From positions 35,263 through 99,262 of the forward strand of contig CAZUNO010000009.1 of assembly GCA_964621445.1 (NCBI GenBank): 64,000 bases of DNA, given 5' to 3'. Source of the DNA: Candidatus Hadarchaeota archaeon. GTDB taxonomy: Archaea; CAYQAE01; CAYVLA01. The translations under genes were made by a program, and so were the position numbers. Shown here in pieces: positions 57,022-64,000 of this stretch (its first letter is position 1; each line of letters opens with the position of its first letter). The notes under the pieces were generated by a model. It saw only the letters and a list, made by a program, of their open reading frames with translations, was not told where the DNA came from and did not search any database.

Positions 57022-60000
57022 ATGGGAGAAGGCAAATTTCTTCTCGAAGGCATGGCCCCCGCACCTCGCGACCTCTCAGAGATATCCACTTTTGCCATAC
57101 CGACGCTGCGGACCTTCTTTGTTCTAACTTGCTTTCTCTCGCTATTGCTACCCAATGTTATTGCCGACAATGGACTGGCTTCGGAGTACCTTGTCCAGAT
57201 ATATCCAATGAGAACGGAGATTGTTGAGGGTGAATCAGTCATGGTCCGGGTCAGCGTCTACAGGCGGAGCTACGAGGGACCAAATCAAGGGGTTTCGGGT
57301 GCAGTCATATACCTTGCCGTCACCCATGGAACCTACCAACCACAGAGCCGGGTCACCGATGCCTCGGGCAGGTGCACATTCACGTACTTCGCCCCGGATG
57401 GACTATCACAACCCCTCAGCGCGAACCTCACCGCTATAGGCAACATAGGCGAGGTCCTGTTGCCCGCCGCATCTTACCAGATTCACGTCGCGCTGGCGCC
57501 CAATCTCGAGGTTCAACTCGACGGGCCTCTTCAAGTCCAGGTAGGTGGGCCGCCCGTGAACTACACTGTATCCGTGAGCTGTGAGGGAGAGCCTGTGAGG
57601 ATGGCAGAGTTCACACCGTCGGCTACGGCCGGAGGTATTGGACAACAATCTGACTGGACAAATGGAAGCGGCGGGGCGAAATTCGAATATCTACCTTCCG
57701 AAAACTACACCGGCCCACTGGACCTGACGGTGAGAGCATACAAGGGAGGATATCAAGATGGCTATGGTTACAAGACCATCGTACTGGTCCATGCCATCGG
57801 ACCTCTGGAAGCCGAGTTGAGCACCGACCGCCCCTTCTGCAAGAGTTGGGCAAGCCTCCTTCTCACCTGCAACGTAACAAGGGCCGGCTTTCCGGTAGAG
57901 AATGCCGCCATTGACTGGGAAGCAAATGAAGGCTGGTTGAATGCGTCCCGGACAAACACCAATCATAGCGGCCTCTCCAGCATCATCTATACTGCCACGG
58001 CGGATCAGGAAGGGCCCTGGTCGGGTAATGTCACCATAACCGCCCACGTTGATTATCCCGGTGAACAGGCGGACGCCCAATACGTTTTCCAAGTCCTGGG
58101 TCAGGAGTTGGACTGGCAGGCAAATGTTGGATGCAGATTCAACCACGCCCAGCTCTTTCCAGGGGAGATCTTCCAGGTCAAGCCAAGCTACTATGTACCC
58201 CATGGCACCTCCGATTTCGTGGCCGGAATGGCGGTGGACTTCATCGTCAAACAACCCTCAGGGGAGGAATACGTTACGGTCAACCTGGCGGAGAATCTCA
58301 GAGTCAGAGATGGGCTCTCGTGGTACCCCGGCTGGAGCGAGGTCCTCACGGTCCCGGATGGGGTTACTGCCGGCGACTATCCATGGGATATCGTCGTCAC
58401 CTCCCCTAACCGAGTTCACGTCTACGGCAGGCTTTCCCCACACCCTGATCTCAACCTCAATCCTACCGGGATCGATGACTGGACGATATTGATGTACATA
58501 AACGGGGACAACGATCTCACCTCTTACTACGACCAGCTTGTCGACCTTTTGGAATCCGAGGCCCCCGACGGCGAATTCCGCGTCCTGTTGCAGTACGACC
58601 GTAAGCCCCAAAATGATGGGCATGAGACCTCATATGGAGCGATTAGGGCCGAGCTCATGCCGAATCCCGCCAATGACAGGTTCGATTCCCCGGTTTTAGG
58701 GAGATTGAGTAGCGTCGACTCGGGAGATAGACAGACTCTGAAGGATTTCATGATGTGGGGCAGCCACTATGCGCCGGCGGGCCACTACTGTCTCGTTATT
58801 TCGGACCACGGTGGTGCCTTTGAGGGAGTCTCCTATGACTACTCCTGCCAAAGCGTCATCGCTCCTACCGAGATCGCCTCAATGTTCTCAAGACATACGG
58901 TCTTCAGTCCCTTCAACTTCGATGCTGCGCGGAGGGATCTGGATGTCATGGTTTTCGACGCATGCTCCATGTCCTCGATGGAGGCCAGCTACTACTTTGG
59001 GAATGGCGCCAGGTATCTGGTCGCCAGCACCACGGTTATGGTCTGGCCCGGTCTCTATACACCGGGAGCCTTGGAGAACCTGCGTTCCTTCTACGATACC
59101 TTCGACTCGTCGCCAACGCCGCTCCAGTTAGCATCAGACTTCATCGCGGCGTGCGATCAGTACTGGATTCAACGTGACTTTCCGGCCTGTGTAATTGACC
59201 TCGAGAAGGCCAACGACACGATCTACGCGTTCAATGACCTCTGCGAATTCCTGGTAGATCACTGGAGCTTTTTCGGTGACGGTGTGAACGAGGCGATCGA
59301 AGATACCCAGAGGCTCCGGGGGCCTTCCGAGGGCGCCTGGTGGCTGATGGATCTCGGGACAATGGTTCAGAATATCAAGGACGAGCTGATGAGCTACGTA
59401 ATCGACCCGGTCGGCTACCTAGCGGTCCAGCATGCTGATGAAGTACTCGATAAACTCGATGAGGCCGTTGTCAATTACATCCCTGTTGAGGGGATCACCG
59501 GGCTTAACCTGTTCGTGCCCCATTCTCGCAGCCTTTGGGAGGAGGAGAAGGATTCCTACGAGATGAGTAAGATCATGTGGGGCCATGCCTGGTGCCGGCT
59601 ACTAGATACGCTCTGGATCCTCCCTCACGACACGACAGGAGAGTCGGAGGAAGAATTTGTGCCCCTTGAACAGGTTCAGCCCACCATCATCGACCAGAAT
59701 GATGATGGCAACGGGGACATCGTGGCGGTAAACTTCCCCAAAGAAATGGAAAACCCGGCAAACCAGTTCGTTGTAGTGGATCTAATCGGGCAGGGATCTC
59801 GTCTCTCAACATCCAGTCTCTATAATCTATCCTCGAGGTCCGTCCTGAGACTCGGGCCCGGCTTGCAGGAAACCGAGACCGCTTTCCTGAGGCCAGGTGA
59901 GGAAGGTTTCCACACCCTAATGGTTTCCATCGTATCGGACGACGGTAGGATCGTGAACCAGGGCTTTCTGGCAAATGCCACTTTGAAACCTGTGGAAGAC

Positions 60001-60987
60001 AACAACACCGATCCGGAGCTATCCATCTCCGCACAACCCCGTGCCGTGAAAGCTGGGGAATCGGTTGAGTTCACTGCTTCCGTTCATGACCCCGATGGCG
60101 ACCGAGTTCAGCTCTGGTGGGATTTCGATGACCGGGACGGGATATCCATAGACTCCACAAATGCCACAGAGAACCGATTCTATCTCAGTCCCGGCCGGAT
60201 AACCGTCACCTGCATAGCTTCAGATGGCTCAACCGCCGTTGTTGACACCCTTGATTTGAACGTGACCCCCGCGGTCGACAATACTGAACCTTTCGCCAAT
60301 ATGACAGCGGTTCTGGACGAGGTCAGGACGGTGCTAATCAATGCTTCATCTTCTTTTGACCCTGACGGGGACCAAATGGAATACAGGTTTAGCTTTGGGG
60401 ACGGGTTCTTCTCCGGATGGCAGGCCTCACCCGTTATGCTCCATAGCTATCCAAAAAGCAGCAACTACACCTGCTCTCTCAAAGTTCGGGACCTCAGGGG
60501 AGGGGAGTCGGATAGGGTATTCCTGACCGTTGATTCCGGGGGGCCTGTCAGGAATCATCGCCCGCAGGCTGAGCTATCCATGCCCGTGAATGAAGTTGGC
60601 ACGCTCACAGAGGTTTTTGCCAACGGTTCAACGTCCCGCGACCGGGACTCCGATGAGCTCGAGTACCTCTTTGATTGGGGGGACGGAAATGCCACCATCT
60701 GGGGATCTGAATCCTCGGCCTCACACTGCTATTCTCATTTGGGTAACTTCACCGTGACCCTGAGTGTCCGTGACCCGGCAGGTCTCCGTGACTCTGACAC
60801 GAGAGTTCTAAGGGTCGAGGAAGCCCCCAAAACCCCGATCTGCTTGGCATTCATGATTTCATTTGCGCTTTTTATCGGCACGAATATTCCACCAACTTCC
60901 GAAACCCCATTGACGGAAAAGGTGCATTTCAGTAGGCTATTGGAGATCGGAGAATTGGAAAAGATCACCTATCGGACCGGACCTTAA
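57022..60987 (+). CDS. Surface-anchored clostripain-family (C11) cysteine peptidase with Ig-like and PKD domains
   Basis: Signal peptide; invasin-like TDASG/TNGSG/TNHSG repeats; WTILMYINGDNDL, SDHGG (His), FDACSM (Cys); three PKD-like domains; C-terminal TM. Confidence 0.85.
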   Translation: MGEGKFLLEGMAPAPRDLSEISTFAIPTLRTFFVLTCFLSLLLPNVIADNGLASEYLVQIYPMRTEIVEGESVMVRVSVYRRSYEGPNQGVSGAVIYLAVTHGTYQPQSRVTDASGRCTFTYFAPDGLSQPLSANLTAIGNIGEVLLPAASYQIHVALAPNLEVQLDGPLQVQVGGPPVNYTVSVSCEGEPVRMAEFTPSATAGGIGQQSDWTNGSGGAKFEYLPSENYTGPLDLTVRAYKGGYQDGYGYKTIVLVHAIGPLEAELSTDRPFCKSWASLLLTCNVTRAGFPVENAAIDWEANEGWLNASRTNTNHSGLSSIIYTATADQEGPWSGNVTITAHVDYPGEQADAQYVFQVLGQELDWQANVGCRFNHAQLFPGEIFQVKPSYYVPHGTSDFVAGMAVDFIVKQPSGEEYVTVNLAENLRVRDGLSWYPGWSEVLTVPDGVTAGDYPWDIVVTSPNRVHVYGRLSPHPDLNLNPTGIDDWTILMYINGDNDLTSYYDQLVDLLESEAPDGEFRVLLQYDRKPQNDGHETSYGAIRAELMPNPANDRFDSPVLGRLSSVDSGDRQTLKDFMMWGSHYAPAGHYCLVISDHGGAFEGVSYDYSCQSVIAPTEIASMFSRHTVFSPFNFDAARRDLDVMVFDACSMSSMEASYYFGNGARYLVASTTVMVWPGLYTPGALENLRSFYDTFDSSPTPLQLASDFIAACDQYWIQRDFPACVIDLEKANDTIYAFNDLCEFLVDHWSFFGDGVNEAIEDTQRLRGPSEGAWWLMDLGTMVQNIKDELMSYVIDPVGYLAVQHADEVLDKLDEAVVNYIPVEGITGLNLFVPHSRSLWEEEKDSYEMSKIMWGHAWCRLLDTLWILPHDTTGESEEEFVPLEQVQPTIIDQNDDGNGDIVAVNFPKEMENPANQFVVVDLIGQGSRLSTSSLYNLSSRSVLRLGPGLQETETAFLRPGEEGFHTLMVSIVSDDGRIVNQGFLANATLKPVEDNNTDPELSISAQPRAVKAGESVEFTASVHDPDGDRVQLWWDFDDRDGISIDSTNATENRFYLSPGRITVTCIASDGSTAVVDTLDLNVTPAVDNTEPFANMTAVLDEVRTVLINASSSFDPDGDQMEYRFSFGDGFFSGWQASPVMLHSYPKSSNYTCSLKVRDLRGGESDRVFLTVDSGGPVRNHRPQAELSMPVNEVGTLTEVFANGSTSRDRDSDELEYLFDWGDGNATIWGSESSASHCYSHLGNFTVTLSVRDPAGLRDSDTRVLRVEEAPKTPICLAFMISFALFIGTNIPPTSETPLTEKVHFSRLLEIGELEKITYRTGP

Positions 60988-61171
60988 ACGCAACCAAGAC
61001 CGTCGCTTGGTATTCCGTTATCTCGTCGCCCTCAACCAGTGCCCTGAGGTCCTTAACCTCTACCCACTTTATGCCCTTCAGAGTCCTCGCGGCCTCGGAA
61101 AATGCATCCTGAACGGCCTCGGAAAAGCCCTCATCCGAGGCGCCCACCAGCTCGATCTTCTTGAATACCAC
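60965..61171 (-). CDS. Dodecin (flavin-binding)
   Basis: VFKKIELVGAS..FSEAVQDA..AARTL..KWVEV..EYQATVLVAF. Confidence 0.9.
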   Translation of the reverse strand: MVFKKIELVGASDEGFSEAVQDAFSEAARTLKGIKWVEVKDLRALVEGDEITEYQATVLVAFKVRSDR

Positions 61172-61499
61172 TTGCCCACCACTCTAGATTACTTGCCTTT
61201 CCCTTTTAAGCTTGCCGTAGGGTGGTAGCAGAGAGGCCCCTAGACACCGCCAGTGGTTGTCCGGTACATCTTTCCGTATCGGGCCTTACTTATGGGGACT
61301 TCGAATAGTACTCCGCCGAACACCTTCCAGGCTCTGTTGGTTTGCCACTGGTTTTCAGCCCTCCAGATTATAGCTCGAAGTAACTTGAATTCGTAAAACT
61401 GATCCACTTGATTGGATCGTAAAGGGCTATTCCCTGGACCTTATCCCAGAATCCTATTCCCAAATCCAGCGGCGCAGGAGTCCTTCCAGAGGCCAGGGT

Positions 61500-62669
61500 C
61501 TATCTGGTGTCCCGATTCTTCCTATAGAAGATAATCACTACGCCAATCAGGGCCGGCATTGCCAAGGCTTGGGAAACCTCAGTCCCGTCGGAAGGCTGTG
61601 GCCCACCCCGCAGAGCAAGGACATCCCTCACGCCCTGCATCTCGAGAAGGTCGTCTGGTGTGACGTCCAGGGACCTAACCCAGTAGGCGTTGGACTCCTC
61701 TGTGTACTCGGCGGCCTTCCCCATGTAGGATGCGTTGTATTTGGAAAGAAGCCGATTCCAGTCATCATCATCCGGCTCATCCTCGAAGATCACTATGTAA
61801 CCGTAAAGCCATGGAGTACCGCTGACCGGGTCCTCCGCCGGCACCTCGGTTGGCCCCTCTCCGTATAGGTAGTCGTAAACCATCGATTCGGCAACCCGGG
61901 TCCGCTCCAGGGCTGCCCCGTACTCGCCATTCTCTAAGAGTTCCCGGGCCTCTTGGAGCAGATCCAAGGCCTCCTCCAGATCATCCTCGGCATCATTCTC
62001 GTGTATCCTGGTCAGGGTGGCATTGATGGTGTATGATATCTTGACTTCGTATTCCTCATCTATATCCACCGGCTCATCTCCATCGCCCTCATTGAGATAC
62101 TGGCTCACCAGTTCGCTGGCCTCGATCGCCGTAGCCAGGGCCTTCTCATAATCCTCAAGCTCCATCAGTTCTTCGGCCCGTTGAAGGATGTCCAAAGCAT
62201 CCCCCAGATCATCCTCGGCATCATTCTCGTATATCTTGGCCCGCGTGGTGTTGATCGTGTAGAGAATTCTCAGCCTGTATTCGTCCTCCATATTCCCGGG
62301 TTCGGCGCCCGGCGCTGATCCCGGTTCCGTCCAGTTCCCTGAGCCGCCGGAACCCTCGACCTCACAGCCCTCTTCGTACACCGCTCTGATCACCTGGAGG
62401 GTGCTGGGATCCATTGTGAGCTGTGTAATGACATGGCACAGCATTCCCTCTCTGTCCGTCCGATACTCGATCACCACCCACGCCGTCTCCTTGTTAATGG
62501 TCGAATTCAGGACCTTCTCCGCGTACCCCCCGCTTGACGAGTAGTGATCGGAGCTTATCACATAATCCAAGGCAGCGCTCTTCAAATCCTCCAGGGTGGG
62601 GTTAGCCAGGCCAATTGACAATGAAATAACGACCAAAAAGCAGATAACGACCTTGATATGGAATCTCAT
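61500..62669 (-). CDS. Acidic secreted protein with an internal duplicated helical repeat and C-terminal TM anchor
   Basis: Signal peptide; two copies of EY....YTIN.T...I.ENDAEDDL..ALD.LQ.A.EL.E..Y..AL; TM plus RKNRDTR. Confidence 0.8.
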   Translation of the reverse strand: MRFHIKVVICFLVVISLSIGLANPTLEDLKSAALDYVISSDHYSSSGGYAEKVLNSTINKETAWVVIEYRTDREGMLCHVITQLTMDPSTLQVIRAVYEEGCEVEGSGGSGNWTEPGSAPGAEPGNMEDEYRLRILYTINTTRAKIYENDAEDDLGDALDILQRAEELMELEDYEKALATAIEASELVSQYLNEGDGDEPVDIDEEYEVKISYTINATLTRIHENDAEDDLEEALDLLQEARELLENGEYGAALERTRVAESMVYDYLYGEGPTEVPAEDPVSGTPWLYGYIVIFEDEPDDDDWNRLLSKYNASYMGKAAEYTEESNAYWVRSLDVTPDDLLEMQGVRDVLALRGGPQPSDGTEVSQALAMPALIGVVIIFYRKNRDTR

Positions 62670-62779
62670 AAGGCTTCCTCTAAGTGGTATATCGGTGAAA
62701 CGATACTAATAGGTTGTCTGAAACGCTTGTAGCAACCTCAAACACGCCGCATCGGCCTATTCCAGCTAAGATATTGGCT

Positions 62780-63000
62780 CACTTCATTTTTGGTTACTAA
62801 AGTGATCACTTTCTCATCGATATCTCGGATGAGGCCATCTCCATTGGAGGGCTTGAAGAGAAATGGCGCGACGTCCGCATTGAAATCTTCGACGAATAAG
62901 GCAACCGCTTATCCATGACAGACTCCAACGAGGGCAGCAACTTCGGCGAGTACCGCCCCCTCGGGATAGTCATCATCCAGTTGAGATGGGGAATTCTTGA
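62780..63000 (+). pseudogene. Degraded paralog of the adjacent 63163-63630 gene
   Basis: DISDEA..GGLEEKWRDVRIEIFDE*GNRLSMTDSNEGSNFGEYRPLG aligns to DISEEA..GYFERAWSEVSIKVFDPNNNSLRLVKSGGEDNYGDYHPYG; TAA at 62897. Confidence 0.65.
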
Positions 63001-63162
63001 TGATGCTTCAATCGGTGGAGTATCTATCGAGTACGTCTGATGGAGAACATGGTTTCAGCTTGCATCGGCAGCAAGTGAAAAAATATATCAGATGCAGAAT
63101 GGTCCCTCAGGGGGCCACGAACTTATGTTGGTGGCCGTGCGACTCATCGATAGAGTGTTCTC

Positions 63163-63630
63163 ATGAAAACCAAGGTCCCGTTAGTAATTATGATGGCGGG
63201 TGTTCTTGCCCTGATAGTGGCGGGGATACTTGGGGGAATAGCATTAACCATCGTAACCACTGATATCTCGGAGGAGGCGAACTACACCGTCGACGCTCCG
63301 GGTTACGGGACCCTCGAGAAGGGGAAATACAAGCTCTGGGTGGAGATCGAAATCGATCCCGGATACTTTGAAAGAGCGTGGAGCGAGGTCAGCATCAAGG
63401 TCTTCGATCCGAACAACAACTCCCTGCGCCTTGTGAAGTCCGGCGGAGAGGACAACTACGGCGATTACCATCCTTATGGCAATCTCACCGTCCCCTCGGA
63501 TGGCAAATACCGCTTTGAGACCGACACCGCCAGGGAGGTCTATGTTACGGAACCAATGGACGCCGGAGCCCAAGGCGATATCATAGAAAGGGTATCTGAG
63601 AAATCTCATTCGATTCTTTTGAAAAGGTAG
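63163..63630 (+). CDS. Membrane-anchored beta-rich hypothetical protein (possibly 3'-truncated)
   Basis: N-terminal TM; runs into the convergent AT-richer gene. Confidence 0.65.
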   Translation: MKTKVPLVIMMAGVLALIVAGILGGIALTIVTTDISEEANYTVDAPGYGTLEKGKYKLWVEIEIDPGYFERAWSEVSIKVFDPNNNSLRLVKSGGEDNYGDYHPYGNLTVPSDGKYRFETDTAREVYVTEPMDAGAQGDIIERVSEKSHSILLKR

Positions 63631-64000
63631 GCTGTTGGAGACTTGGTGTAGCTTACTCCTCTTCTTGTTCTTTCGAGATAGTCTCTTGTGACGTCTCTTG
63701 GTTTCTTTGTAATAAAATAGGAATCCAAGTCCTTTTCAGAAAATGAATACTTGTCGCGTCTCTTTTTCATAACACCAACAAATCTGTAATCATTGTCTAT
63801 TGAGGACATGCTTGCATCTCCATGACTGTTATTTGCCAGTAAGATACCTCCAGTTTTGAGATATCTCTTACAGAATTGGGACACGAAACCTGCATATTGT
63901 GAAACTAGTAAGTCAAAAGATTCTATTGGTTCTCCCAAATCCTTCCTGTAGTCTTTATGATGGAAGAAGATCACTGAATCTTCATTGTACAACTTCTTTC
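63606..64000 (-). CDS. Class I SAM-methyltransferase-like protein (5' end lies outside the window)
   Basis: DYR..ESFDLLVSQYAGF..YLKTGGILL pattern; visibly lower GC than flanks. Confidence 0.55.
   Translation of the reverse strand, partial: KKLYNEDSVIFFHHKDYRKDLGEPIESFDLLVSQYAGFVSQFCKRYLKTGGILLANNSHGDASMSSIDNDYRFVGVMKKRRDKYSFSEKDLDSYFITKKPRDVTRDYLERTRRGVSYTKSPTAYLFKRIE

Noticed and set aside
61230-61460. Possible 55-aa minus-strand ORF or gene fragment between dodecin and the repeat protein
   Set aside because: No recognisable motif or clear RBS; insufficient support
1-64000. CRISPR array, rRNA, IS/transposase, integrase, prophage
   Set aside because: No regularly spaced direct repeats or diagnostic motifs seen by eye

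Overview
Gene-dense chromosomal window from an uncultured archaeon (archaeal histone, TBP, thermosome, Rpl10e, archaeal DnaG and AdkA, BRE/TATA promoters, intron-containing tRNAs). I cannot assign the lineage from this window. Housekeeping genes are mixed with heterotrophy-type accessory genes: a BMP-family ABC transporter, sulfatase-like, PIG-L, CehA/McbA, UroD-like and clostripain-domain proteins. I saw no CRISPR array, rRNA, integrase or transposase. Three candidate systems stand out. (1) A five-gene minus-strand operon (10793-19843) has an ECF transporter whose S component is fused to a sulfite-oxidase-fold (Oxidored_molyb-like) domain, a membrane-anchored protein with four such domains mostly lacking the Mo-ligating Cys, and a ModE-box-like palindrome over the promoter; hypothesis: molybdo/tungsto-pterin cofactor scavenging. 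(2) A translationally coupled SMC5/6-like ATPase, Nse4-like kleisin and MAGE/Nse1-Nse3-like kite operon, followed by DUF763 and an Lhr helicase. (3) pdxS-pdxT followed by a threonine-synthase-fold protein lacking the PLP lysine and fused to a PadR-type wHTH, with an inverted repeat over the pdxS promoter; hypothesis: vitamin B6-sensing repressor. Also seen: a tRNA-Tyr with two interdependent introns, a candidate H/ACA sRNA upstream of DUF167-dnaG, a structured leader on the BMP ABC operon, a 131-codon stretch with no A-ending codon, and decayed gene remnants after tRNA-Ser. All family assignments are by eye from motifs; no searches were run.
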